A stretch of DNA of 38,748 nucleotides from Actinomycetes bacterium (GTDB lineage Bacteria > Actinomycetota > Acidimicrobiia > Acidimicrobiales > UBA8190): positions 1-38,748 of the forward strand of contig JAJZNB010000181.1 in NCBI GenBank assembly GCA_021848085.1. Direction: 5' to 3'. Within the stretch, counting starts at the first letter, position 1; each line of letters starts with the position of its first letter. The position numbers and the translations under genes are program-made. The notes under the pieces are model-generated. The model searched no databases and was not told the origin of the DNA. It saw only the letters and a list, made by a program, of their open reading frames with translations. Positions 16,987 to 25,559 of this stretch are shown here, one piece after another.

Positions 16987-17100
16987 CCCAGCATCCCGGA
17001 CAACCCAGCATCCCGGACAACCCAGCATCCCGGACAACCCAGCATCCCGGACAACCCAGCATCCCGGACAACCCAGCATCCCGGACAACCCAGCATCCCG
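16987..17100. repeat. perfect 17-bp tandem repeat, 6 full copies plus a 12-nt partial (CCCAGCATCCCGGACAA)
   Basis: Identical units start at 16987, 17004, 17021, 17038, 17055 and 17072. A partial copy covers 17089-17100. The array lies in the 296-bp divergent region between ahcY (start 16849, minus) and the HhH-GPD gene (start 17146, plus). The unit length is not a multiple of 3. Confidence 0.95.
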
Positions 17101-17131
17101 AACGGCGGATCGGCGGCCTGGTGCGGGGCGC

Positions 17132-17137
17132 TAGCCT
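17132..17137 (+). promoter_or_regulatory. candidate -10 hexamer (TAGCCT) for a leaderless HhH-GPD/thiE transcript
   Basis: TAnnnT hexamer 8 nt upstream of GTG 17146 and 32 nt downstream of the 17-bp array. Confidence 0.35.
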
Positions 17138-17145
17138 CGGCGGCT

Positions 17146-17823
17146 GTGGCCACCGTCTCGCTGCACCTGTCGCAGGACGCCGAGGCCGACGCACTGCTGT
17201 CACGGGACCCGGTGGCGCTGCTGATCGGCATGGTCCTGGACCAGCAGGTCCCGCTGGAATGGGCCTTCGCCGGTCCGGCCGAGCTGTCCCGGCGCCTGGG
17301 CGGCCACCTCGATCCGCAGGCCATCGCCGCCATGGACCCCGAAGCCCTCGCCGCCGTGTTCGCCCAGCGGCCGGCGCTGCACCGCTACCCGCGCTCGATG
17401 GCCGAGCGGGTCCGGCAGCTGTGTGAGGCGGTGGTGGAGGGCTACGGCGGCCACGCCGAGCGGGTGTGGACGGAGGCGGCGTCGGGAGACGACCTGGTCC
17501 GGCGGGTGAAGGCTCTGCCGGGCTTCGGCCTTCAGAAGGCCCGCATCTTCACCGCCTTGGTCGGCAAGCAGCTCGGCGTGCGCCCGGCGGGCTGGCGCCA
17601 GGCCTGTTCCCCCTACGGCGAGCCCAACAGCTTCCTGTCGGTGGCCGACATCACCGACGAGCAGAGCCTGGCCAAGGTGCGTGACACGAAGCAGCAGCTG
17701 AAGGCCGGGTCCAACACGGCCAGGTCCACCGCCGCCCACAACACGGCCGGGCCCACCGCCGCCGGCGCGGGGGGAGCGAAGGCCGCCCGGGGCGCCGCGC
17801 CGTCGAAGCGGCCCGGGAGATGA
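17146..17823 (+). CDS. HhH-GPD-type base-excision DNA repair family protein
   Basis: 225-aa ORF starting at GTG. Marks: DPVALLIGMVLDQQVPLEWAF, LHRYPRSMAERV, LPGFGLQKARIFTALVGKQLG. Lys/Ala/Gly-rich basic C-terminal tail. Confidence 0.8.
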   Translation: MATVSLHLSQDAEADALLSRDPVALLIGMVLDQQVPLEWAFAGPAELSRRLGGHLDPQAIAAMDPEALAAVFAQRPALHRYPRSMAERVRQLCEAVVEGYGGHAERVWTEAASGDDLVRRVKALPGFGLQKARIFTALVGKQLGVRPAGWRQACSPYGEPNSFLSVADITDEQSLAKVRDTKQQLKAGSNTARSTAAHNTAGPTAAGAGGAKAARGAAPSKRPGR

Positions 17824-18476
17824 GCCCGGGCGAGGGGGCGGACCCTGCCACCAGGCTGGCCGGACGACGGCTCTACCTGTGCACGCCGGACCGTGACGAC
17901 CTGCTGGACTTCGTCGCCCGCTGCGTGGCCGGCGGTGTCGACCTGGTGCAGCTGCGCGACAAGAACCTCGACGCCCGCCCCCTGCTGACCCGCGCCGAGG
18001 CGCTGGCCCGGCGCTGCGCCGATGCGGGGGTGCCCTTCATCGTCAACGATCGACCCGATCTGGCCCTGGCCTGCGGGGCCGACGGGGTCCACGTCGGCCA
18101 GGACGACGTGCCACCGCAGCTGTGCCGGCGCATCCTCGGCCCCGGCGCCATCGTCGGCCTGTCGACCCACGCCGAGGCCGAGCTGCAGGCCAGTCGGTTC
18201 GAACCGGTCGACTACGTGTCGGCCGGACCGGTGGAGCCGACGCCGACCAAGCCGGGGCGGCCCGGCACCGGCCCGGGCTATCTGCGCGTGGCGGTGGAGC
18301 AGGCCGGGCGACCGGTCTTCGTCACCGGTGGGGTCACCCCGGCCACGGTGCCAGAGCTGGCCGCCGTGGGGGTGTCGCGCTTCGTGGTGGTGCGCTACCT
18401 GACCGGTTCCGACGACCCCGAGGCTGACGCCCGGCGGCTGCGTCGGGCGATCGACGCCGCCGTGACCGCCGCCTGA
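17820..18476 (+). CDS. thiE: thiamine-phosphate synthase
   Basis: ATG 17820 overlaps the upstream stop (ATGA). Marks: RLYLCTPDR, VDLVQLRDKNLD, FIVNDRPDLALACGADGVHVGQDD, VGLSTH, VDYVSAGPV..TPTKPG. Confidence 0.9.
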   Translation: MSPGEGADPATRLAGRRLYLCTPDRDDLLDFVARCVAGGVDLVQLRDKNLDARPLLTRAEALARRCADAGVPFIVNDRPDLALACGADGVHVGQDDVPPQLCRRILGPGAIVGLSTHAEAELQASRFEPVDYVSAGPVEPTPTKPGRPGTGPGYLRVAVEQAGRPVFVTGGVTPATVPELAAVGVSRFVVVRYLTGSDDPEADARRLRRAIDAAVTAA

Positions 18477-18649
18477 TCCAACACGCCGCCGGCGGCCGTC
18501 CGCTCCACGGTCCCCTGGGCGGCCGTGCATCGTGGGGAGCCGGGGTTCACGTGCTGTCGGACGGCGGATCTCCGTCCGGGAACGGCGACCGACCGCGTGG
18601 CGGTCGAGGACGACCGGCTCGGACCACGCGTCTAGCCTGCCAAGACGAG

Positions 18650-20083
18650 ATGACCCCAGCCCCCCCGAAGCGGGAGCTCTCCTCGACGCGGCCTGTGGGG
18701 AGCCCTCCGCGGCAGCCGGCGAGCGTGGCTCTGGCCATCGCGTTGGCCACCACCGGGGTGCTCCCGGTGTTCCTCACCGGCGCCCTGGCCGTGCAGCTCC
18801 AAGGCAGCCTGCACGTCGGGACGACCGCCATCGGCGGGGCGGTGGCCACCTTCTTCGGCGCCTCGGCGCTCAGCTCGGTCCGCGCTGGGCGCCTGGCTGA
18901 GCGCATCGGCCCCTTCAAGGTGATGCTGGTCGCCGTCGGGCTGGCCGTGGTCACCCTGCTCGGCGTCGGCCTGCTGGTCCGCTCGCTCCCCGCGCTGCTC
19001 GGCTTCCTTGCCCTGGGGGGCCTGTCGAACGGGGCCATGCAGCCGGCCGTCAACCTCCTCCTCGCCCGGGCCGTCGACGACCGCCGCCAAGGTCTCGCCT
19101 TCGGGGTGAAGCAGGCGGCCATCCCCACCGCCACCTTGCTGTCGGGGGTGGCCGTCCCGGCCCTGGCGCTGACCGCCGGCTGGCACGTCGCCTACCTGGC
19201 CGCCGCCGGGCTCGCCGCGCTCGTCGGAGCCGTGCTGGTGTCGGGTGGGCGCCAGCTCATCCCCGAACCGGCTGGCCGCCACCCACCGTCCCCTGCCGCC
19301 GACGACCCCCGCGCCCCCTCCCCCACCACCCGGCAGGCCAGCGGGCTGGACCACCGCGGTCGGGGGGATCAGCCCGTCCAAACCGACCAGAAGAGCTTCG
19401 ACGCCCGCCCACTCGTCTTCCTGGCCGCCGCCATGGCCTGCGCCGTGGCCGCCTCCAACGCCATGGGATCCTTCGTCGTCCCCGGAGCCGTACACGACGG
19501 GGTCGCCCCTGGCCTGGCCGGGCTGGTGTCGGCCGCCGGCAGCGTGGTCGGGTTGTCGGCACGGGTGGGCTTCGGCTGGCGGTCGGACCGCCGGGGCCTG
19601 CGCGGCCGGCGGGCGGCCGACGCCCACCTGGGCACGGTGACGGCCCTGATCGCCGTCGGCGCGGTGGGCTACACGGGGCTGGCCCTCGGACGGCTCGACC
19701 TGCTGGTCCCGGCCGTGCTGGTCGCCTACGGCGGCGGCTGGGGCTACAACGGCCTGTTCAACCTGGCCGTGGTGCGGGCCTACCCCGACAGCCCTGCCCG
19801 GGCGACGGGGGTGACCCAGGTCGGGACCTACGTCGGGGGGATGGTCGGACCGCTGGGCTTCGGGATCGTCGTCGACCACCTCGGCTTCGACGTCGGCTGG
19901 GCCGTGTGCGGCGGGCTGGCGGTCCTGGCCGTCGCCGCCTTCACGGTCAGCCGCCGTCGTTTGCGAGGCGCTCCGGCACGGGGCGTCGACCCCGGCCATG
20001 CGCACCTGGCCGCCCGGCGTCGGGTTCCGGGGGTGGCGCCCGCCTCCGTCGCCGACGCCGACGGCTCGGCCATGGAGCCCTGA
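18650..20083 (+). CDS. MFS transporter
   Basis: ORF 18551..20083, trimmed to ATG 18650. About 12 hydrophobic segments are split by a Pro-rich central loop. MFS-like loop motif RAGRLAERIGPFKV. TAGCCT at 18633-18638 lies 11 nt upstream of the start. Confidence 0.75.
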   Translation: MTPAPPKRELSSTRPVGSPPRQPASVALAIALATTGVLPVFLTGALAVQLQGSLHVGTTAIGGAVATFFGASALSSVRAGRLAERIGPFKVMLVAVGLAVVTLLGVGLLVRSLPALLGFLALGGLSNGAMQPAVNLLLARAVDDRRQGLAFGVKQAAIPTATLLSGVAVPALALTAGWHVAYLAAAGLAALVGAVLVSGGRQLIPEPAGRHPPSPAADDPRAPSPTTRQASGLDHRGRGDQPVQTDQKSFDARPLVFLAAAMACAVAASNAMGSFVVPGAVHDGVAPGLAGLVSAAGSVVGLSARVGFGWRSDRRGLRGRRAADAHLGTVTALIAVGAVGYTGLALGRLDLLVPAVLVAYGGGWGYNGLFNLAVVRAYPDSPARATGVTQVGTYVGGMVGPLGFGIVVDHLGFDVGWAVCGGLAVLAVAAFTVSRRRLRGAPARGVDPGHAHLAARRRVPGVAPASVADADGSAMEP

Positions 20084-20152
20084 CCGCAGGCGCTGGCGCC
20101 TCGTCTCCGCCCCGTCCGCCGCCGACCCGTCCCCCGGCGCCCCGGCTCCGGG

Positions 20153-20905
20153 TCAGGGCCCCTGGCGCTCGAGCCAGCCCACCAGCAAGGCGATGGCTCG
20201 CGGGTCGGCCCGCAGCCGGTGACCGGCACCGCCCACCAGACGCAGCTCGGCGCTGGGGCCACCGGCGTCGGCCAGCAGCCGGGCGTCGGAGACCGGCACC
20301 CCCTTGTCCTCGGTTCCGTGGACGATCAGCATGGGCCGGGGTGCGACCTTGGCCGCCGCCTCGGCGGGCCGCAGCTCCAAGAAGGCCCGCCCCCAGGCCT
20401 TTAGGTCGGGCGGGAAGGCGGGGTCGGTGATGACCCCGACCTGCCGGGCGAAGTCGACCATGCCGGGAAGATCCTCGGCCCAGTCGGTGAAGGTGGCGGC
20501 CGACCCGAAGCACGCCACCCCCCGCACCCGCCGGTCTTCGGCGGCCAGGCACAGCGACAGCGCGCCGCTGGTGCCGAAGCCGACCAGCCACACCCCTGCC
20601 CGCCTCGACGGGGCTGCCGCGTCCACCAGGGCCCGCAGGTCGGCCAGCCAGCCGTCGAGGGAGAAGTTCCCCGGGGACAGACCCACGCCTCGCAGGCACC
20701 CGGTGAGGACCTCCCACCCCGACTCGTCGGCCAGCCGGTCGGCCAGCGCCGGGAAGGTACGGCCGGTGCGGCCCGCCGCGTCGCGCTCCAGGGGGAAGCC
20801 GTGGCAGAGCACCAGCGTGGCGGCCGCCGTGGCGGCCCGCCCGGGGGCCACGTGGACCGCCAGGGGACCGGCCGGGCCCGGGCGCTCTTCCCACAGAGGG
20901 CTCAC
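20153..20905 (-). CDS. alpha/beta hydrolase fold protein
   Basis: ORF 20153..21337, trimmed to GTG 20905 (VSPLWEE..), because the upstream part overlaps the acyl-CoA dehydrogenase gene. GAGGA lies 5 nt upstream. Marks: LVLCHGFP, nucleophile-elbow-like VWLVGFGTSGA, LIVHGTEDKGVP, GAGHRL. Confidence 0.7.
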   Translation of the reverse strand: MSPLWEERPGPAGPLAVHVAPGRAATAAATLVLCHGFPLERDAAGRTGRTFPALADRLADESGWEVLTGCLRGVGLSPGNFSLDGWLADLRALVDAAAPSRRAGVWLVGFGTSGALSLCLAAEDRRVRGVACFGSAATFTDWAEDLPGMVDFARQVGVITDPAFPPDLKAWGRAFLELRPAEAAAKVAPRPMLIVHGTEDKGVPVSDARLLADAGGPSAELRLVGGAGHRLRADPRAIALLVGWLERQGP

Positions 20906-20951
20906 GACGGTCCTCGGGGCGCCAGCACCACGCCCGGTCGCCGCAGCAGGG

Positions 20952-22067
20952 TCAGATGCCGATGCGCTGGGCCAGCAGCTCGCGGTGGTAGCTGGGGTCG
21001 CCGAGCAGCAGCTCCGAGGACTTCGCCCGCTTGAAGTACAGGTGGGCGTCGTGCTCCCAGGTGAAGCCGATCCCGCCATGGATCTGGATGTTCTCGGCGG
21101 CGGCGTGGAAGTAGGCCTCCGAGCAGTAGGACTTGGCCAGGCTGGCCACCACCGGCAGCTCGTCGGAATCCTCGGCGGCGGCCCACCCGGCGTAGTAGGC
21201 GGCAGACTTGGCTGACTCCACCTCGAGCAGCATGTCGGCGCACTTGTGCTTGATGGCCTGGAACGAACCGATCGGTCGGCCGAACTGGATGCGGTTCTTG
21301 GCGTAGTCGACGGACATGTCCAGGCACCGCTGAGCACCGCCCACCTGCTCGGCGGCCAACGCCACGGCGGCCAGGTCCAGGGTCCGGGTGAGCACCGGCC
21401 CGGCGCCGCCGTCGGTTCCGATCAACCGAGCCGGGGTGGAGGAGAGCTCGAGGCGGGCCTGCTTGCGGGTCTGGTCCATCGTCGCCAGCGTGGTGCGGGT
21501 GAGGCCCTCGGCGTCACCGGCCACGGCGAACAGGCTGATGCCGGCCGGGGTGCGGGCCGCCACCAGGATGAGGTCGGCGCTGTGCCCGTCGAGGACGTAC
21601 ATCTTGTGGCCGGTCAAGGTCCACGTGCCGTTGTGCTCGACGGCGGTCAGCTCCACACCGTCGAGGTCCCAGCGCCCCGAGTCCTCGGTGAACGCCAACG
21701 TGGCGATGGTCTCGCCGGAGGCGATGCCCGGCAGCAGGTCCGCCTTGGCCGACTCGTCACCCGAGCTGAGCAGGGCGTTGGCGCCCAGCGCCACCGTCGA
21801 GAAGAGCGGGGCGCACAGCAGGGCCGCGCCGGTCTCCTCGAACACCACCACCAGCTCCACGTAGCCGAACCCGGCCCCGCCGTACTCCTCGGGGATGGCC
21901 ATGGCCTGCAGGCCCAGCTGGTTGGCCATCTGGTCCCACACCGCCCGGTCGAAGCCGTCCTCGGTCTCCATCAGGCGACGCACCTCCGCCGAGGGCGACT
22001 TATCCTCCAAGAACCGGCGGATCGACCGCCGCAGCTCCTCTTGCTCCTCGCTGAAGGCGAAGTTCAT
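20952..22067 (-). CDS. acyl-CoA dehydrogenase family protein
   Basis: 371-aa ORF. Marks: MNFAFSEEQEELRRSIRRFLED, IPEEYGGAG, AFTEDSGRWD, YAKNRIQFGRPIGSFQAIKH, QIHGGIGFTWEHD. GGGGAG Shine-Dalgarno sequence upstream. Confidence 0.92.
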   Translation of the reverse strand: MNFAFSEEQEELRRSIRRFLEDKSPSAEVRRLMETEDGFDRAVWDQMANQLGLQAMAIPEEYGGAGFGYVELVVVFEETGAALLCAPLFSTVALGANALLSSGDESAKADLLPGIASGETIATLAFTEDSGRWDLDGVELTAVEHNGTWTLTGHKMYVLDGHSADLILVAARTPAGISLFAVAGDAEGLTRTTLATMDQTRKQARLELSSTPARLIGTDGGAGPVLTRTLDLAAVALAAEQVGGAQRCLDMSVDYAKNRIQFGRPIGSFQAIKHKCADMLLEVESAKSAAYYAGWAAAEDSDELPVVASLAKSYCSEAYFHAAAENIQIHGGIGFTWEHDAHLYFKRAKSSELLLGDPSYHRELLAQRIGI

Positions 22068-22202
22068 GCTGCTCCCCTTGTGCCACCCGACGGGTTCGGT
22101 GAACTCCCGTTGTCTACCAGACGGTCACCGCCGCCGACCAGCGACGCGGGAGCGAGGGGCGGGCCAATAGGGTGGCGGCATCCAGCCGTCGAGGAGGCCG
22201 CC

Positions 22203-22820
22203 GTGGGCCCATCCACCGTGCACTACGAGGACGCCGCCGTCGAGGTCCACCGGGTGGTGGTGGGCCCGATGGACAACAACGTCCACGTCGTCCGCTGCAA
22301 GCAGACAGGTGAGGCGGTGCTGATCGATGCCGCCAACGAGCACGAGCGGCTGCTGGAGCTGTGCCAGCGGCTCGGGGTGCGACAGGTGGTCGAGACCCAT
22401 GGGCACTGGGATCACATCCAGGCGGTGCCGGCCGTGCGTGACGCCGGCATCGAGGTGGCCGTCACCGGCGCCGACGCCGACATGCTGCCCGCCTACGACC
22501 AGATCCTCGAGGATCAGTCGGTGCTTCAGGTGGGCCGGCTGCGGCTCGAGACCATCGCCACCCCGGGCCACACCCCGGGCTCGATGTGCTTCTGGCTCCA
22601 CGACACCCCGCTGCTGTTCAGCGGCGACACCCTCTTCCCCGGCGGGCCCGGCGCCACGCGCTTCCCCGGAGGGGACTTCCCCGCCATCATCACCTCCATC
22701 GAGGAGCGGATCTTCGGCCGGTTCGGTCCCGACACCCTGGTGCTGCCCGGCCACGGCGCCGACACCACGGTGGGTGCCGAGCGTCCCCACCTGCAGGAGT
22801 GGATCGACCGGGGGTGGTGA
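22203..22820 (+). CDS. MBL-fold metallo-hydrolase (glyoxalase II-like)
   Basis: ORF 21246..22820, trimmed to GTG 22203. GAGGAGG at 22191-22197 lies 5 nt upstream. Marks: VLIDAANE, ETHGHWDHIQAV, TPGHTPGSMCF, SGDTLFPGGPG, LPGHG. Confidence 0.85.
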   Translation: MGPSTVHYEDAAVEVHRVVVGPMDNNVHVVRCKQTGEAVLIDAANEHERLLELCQRLGVRQVVETHGHWDHIQAVPAVRDAGIEVAVTGADADMLPAYDQILEDQSVLQVGRLRLETIATPGHTPGSMCFWLHDTPLLFSGDTLFPGGPGATRFPGGDFPAIITSIEERIFGRFGPDTLVLPGHGADTTVGAERPHLQEWIDRGW

Positions 22821-24127
22821 GCACGTCGGGGCGGAGCCGGGCCACACCGGCACCGCGCCCGGTGCCCGACCTCGCCCGGCGGCTTCGCCCCTCGTGGCTG
22901 CTGCTGGCGGCCGGCACGGCGGCGGCCGTGGTGGCCGCCGCCGTCGACACCCCGGCGGCCCGAGCCGCCGCCGCCCAGGACTGGGCGCCGTTCGTGCTGG
23001 TGGCCGGGCTGCTGCTGGTGGGGCTGGTCGCCGCCCACGACGGCCTCTTCGCCGCCGCTGGGGGCCTGCTGGCATCGGCCACCCGGTCCGGCGTGGTGCT
23101 CTACCTGGGATCGGCGGTGCTGGTGGTGGTGGTGACCGCGGTGCTCAACCTCGACACGTCTGTCGCCTTCTTGACACCGGTGCTGGCCGCCGCGGCGGCC
23201 CGCCGCGGCGGCGGCAGCCGGACCCTGCTGGCCGGATGCCTGCTGCTGTCGAACGCCGGGTCGCTGCTGCTGCCGGGCTCCAACCTCACCAACCTGATCG
23301 TGCTGGGCCACCTCCACCTGCCCGGCAGCCGCTTCGTCGCCCGCACCGGCGGTGCCTGGCTGGCAGGGGTGCTCATCACCGCCGCGGTGGTGGCCGTGGT
23401 CGGCCGCCACGACCTGCGTCGCGGCGAGCGGGCGCCCCGACCGGCTCGGCCGGTGCTGGGCATCGGCGCGGCCGCGGTGCTGGCCGCCGCGGTGGCCGTG
23501 GTGACGCTGCGGGATCCGGCGCTGGCCGTCGCCGGCGTCGGCGTCGTCGCCGTCGCCGTGCGCCGCTGGCCGCCTCGGGTGGCTGGCCGGGACGGCCAGG
23601 GCCGGGACCAGCCTCCCACCACATCGGGGGATCTGGACCAGATCCACGGTCCGAGCCACTCCCGCCGTCCGCTCGTCGCCCGGCCGACGGCAGGCCCACA
23701 CCGTCTGGCAACCGCCGCCGTGGTGGACGCCTTGGGGCTGCCCACACTGGTCGGGCTGTTCGGGGCGGCGGTGGCGTTGGGGGTGCTGGGGCGCAGCTGG
23801 AGCGGGCCGCACCGCCTGCTCGGCCATGCCGGATCGTGGGAGACAGCCGCCGTCGGGGCGCTGGCCAGCATGGCCGTCAACAACCTGCCGGCGGCGTCGC
23901 TGCTGGCCGCCCGGGTCGTGCCGCACCCGGTGGCCCTGCTCGTCGGCCTCGACCTGGGGCCCAACCTGCTGGTCACGGGGTCTCTGGCCTGGTTGCTGTG
24001 GCTGCGGGCGGCACGCGCCGCCGGGGCCCGGCCGTCGATCCCGGCCACCATCGGTCTGGGCTGGCTGGCCACCCCCGCCGCCATGGCGGCCGCCTTGGGG
24101 ATGCTGTCGGTCACCGCCCCGCACTGA
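22817..24127 (+). CDS. ArsB/NhaD-superfamily permease
   Basis: ORF 22586..24127, trimmed to GTG 22817 (GTG 22814 is equally possible). The start overlaps the MBL stop. Polytopic membrane protein. Family-like motifs: NLDTSVAFLTPV, LLLSNAGSLLLPGSNLTNLIV, NNLPAASLL, DLGPNLLVTGSLA. Confidence 0.7.
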   Translation: MSTSGRSRATPAPRPVPDLARRLRPSWLLLAAGTAAAVVAAAVDTPAARAAAAQDWAPFVLVAGLLLVGLVAAHDGLFAAAGGLLASATRSGVVLYLGSAVLVVVVTAVLNLDTSVAFLTPVLAAAAARRGGGSRTLLAGCLLLSNAGSLLLPGSNLTNLIVLGHLHLPGSRFVARTGGAWLAGVLITAAVVAVVGRHDLRRGERAPRPARPVLGIGAAAVLAAAVAVVTLRDPALAVAGVGVVAVAVRRWPPRVAGRDGQGRDQPPTTSGDLDQIHGPSHSRRPLVARPTAGPHRLATAAVVDALGLPTLVGLFGAAVALGVLGRSWSGPHRLLGHAGSWETAAVGALASMAVNNLPAASLLAARVVPHPVALLVGLDLGPNLLVTGSLAWLLWLRAARAAGARPSIPATIGLGWLATPAAMAAALGMLSVTAPH

Positions 24128-24218
24128 GCGCCACCGCCGGCTGGCGCCCTGACCGGCGGCCGGCGCCGGCCACCCCAGGGTCGCTCCGGTCAGGTTCCCC
24201 GCGGCGGCGGGTGCCGAC

Positions 24219-25559
24219 TCAGGGAAACAGGCCGCGCGCCTCGATGGCCAGCGCCAGCCGCTCCACCGCCACGGCGGCAGCCGCTCGGCGCATCGGCACC
24301 CCCAGCCGACGGGCCCGCTCCCACACGGTGGCGAAGGCGGCATCCATGGACTGCCCCAACCGTCGGGCGACCACGTCGTCGTCCCAGGGATAGCCCTGGC
24401 GGCTCTGCGCCCATTCGAAGTAGGAGGCGGTGACCCCACCGGCGTTGGCCAGGATGTCGGGCACCACGGTGACGCCGCGCTGCTCCAGCACGACGTCGGC
24501 CTCGGGGGTGGTGGGCCCGTTGGCCGCCTCGACCACCACGGTGGCCGACAGGATCGCGGCGGTGGCAGCGTCGATGGCGCCGCCGAGGGCAGCGGGCACG
24601 GCGACCTCGGACGGCACCGACCACAGCCCGCCGGCGGCCAGCGGCGACCCTCCTTCGAAGCCTCCCACCGAGCCGGTGCGCTGGGCGTGGTCGGCCAGGC
24701 CACCGACGTCGAGACCGCCGGGGTTGTAGACGGCGCCGCCGACGTCTTCGACGGCGACCACCCGCATGCCAGCCGACGACAGCAGGAAGGCCAGAGGGGC
24801 GCCCACCTTGCCGAAGCCCTGCACCACGACCCGGGCGCCGGGCAGCTCGAGCTCCAAGGCGGAGAAGGCGGCCCGGATGCAGCGCACCACCCCCGAGGAG
24901 GTGGCGCCGGTGTGCAGGCGCATGCCGCCGACGGCCAACGGCTTCCCGGTGACGACCGCCGGCAGGGCCCGGCCGTGGAGCATGTCGACGGTGTCGAGCA
25001 CCCACGCCATCACCCGCTGGTCGGTGTTGACGTCGGGGGCGGGCACGTCGCGGTCGGGTCCCAGCATGGAGGCGATCTCGTAGGCGTAGCGTCGGGTGAG
25101 CCGTTCAAGCTCCCCCTCCGACAGCTGTGCCGGGTCGCAGCACACACCGCCCTTGCCGCCGCCGAAGGGGATCTCGACCACGGCGGTCTTCAACGTCATC
25201 TCGGCCGCCAGCGCCTTCACCTCGTCGGCGTCGACCGACGGGTGGAAGCGAATGCCGCCTTTGGCCGGACCGCGGGCGATGTTGTGGTGCACCCGCCAGC
25301 CGGTGAACACCTGCACCTCGCCACTGTCGAGACGGACCGGCACGGCCACCTCCACCACCCGTTCGGGCACCCGCAGGATCTGGGCCACCGCCGCCGAGCA
25401 GCCGGCCAGAGCGGCGGCGTCGTCGATGCGGGCCAGCACCGCCGCCCAGGCGTCGAACCCGCCGACGGCGCCATCGTGGTGCGGGTGCGGCGCCGCGGGC
25501 CGCGGCGTTCGAGGCCCGGCCGGATCCGCACCTGCCGCCGCCGACCGTCGGGCACTCAT
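24219..25559 (-). CDS. gdhA: Glu/Leu/Phe/Val-family glutamate dehydrogenase
   Basis: 446-aa ORF. Marks: GPAKGGIRFHP, MTLKTAVVEIPFGGGKGGV, VPAPDVNT, VVQGFGKVG, ANGPTTPEAD, ANAGGVTASYFEW. Confidence 0.92.
   Translation of the reverse strand: MSARRSAAAGADPAGPRTPRPAAPHPHHDGAVGGFDAWAAVLARIDDAAALAGCSAAVAQILRVPERVVEVAVPVRLDSGEVQVFTGWRVHHNIARGPAKGGIRFHPSVDADEVKALAAEMTLKTAVVEIPFGGGKGGVCCDPAQLSEGELERLTRRYAYEIASMLGPDRDVPAPDVNTDQRVMAWVLDTVDMLHGRALPAVVTGKPLAVGGMRLHTGATSSGVVRCIRAAFSALELELPGARVVVQGFGKVGAPLAFLLSSAGMRVVAVEDVGGAVYNPGGLDVGGLADHAQRTGSVGGFEGGSPLAAGGLWSVPSEVAVPAALGGAIDAATAAILSATVVVEAANGPTTPEADVVLEQRGVTVVPDILANAGGVTASYFEWAQSRQGYPWDDDVVARRLGQSMDAAFATVWERARRLGVPMRRAAAAVAVERLALAIEARGLFP

Noticed and set aside
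16227-17426. ORFs crossing the 17-bp array that show 17-aa periodic peptides (16227..17426 +, 16846..17088 -, 16931..17203 -, 16938..17333 -)
   Set aside because: A 17-bp unit cycles through all three frames every three copies. That periodicity is therefore a necessary artefact of the DNA repeat. The ORFs also overlap ahcY or the HhH-GPD gene.
18195-18206. tRNA T-loop-like GGTTCGAACC / 12-nt palindrome CGGTTCGAACCG
   Set aside because: It lies inside the well-supported thiE frame (..SRFEPVD..). No acceptor, D or anticodon arms flank it.
18477-18649. Possible riboswitch or leader RNA upstream of the MFS transporter, next to thiE
   Set aside because: I found no TPP-riboswitch core elements. 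There is only a short GGACGG/CCGTCC hairpin after the thiE stop. Evidence is insufficient.
22526-24703. 725-aa minus-strand ORF and 688-aa plus-strand ORF (22327..24393) over the permease region
   Set aside because: Only the 22817..24127 frame gives a polytopic hydrophobic protein with permease-like motifs. The others are Arg/Pro/Gly-rich and overlap the recognisable MBL and gdh genes.
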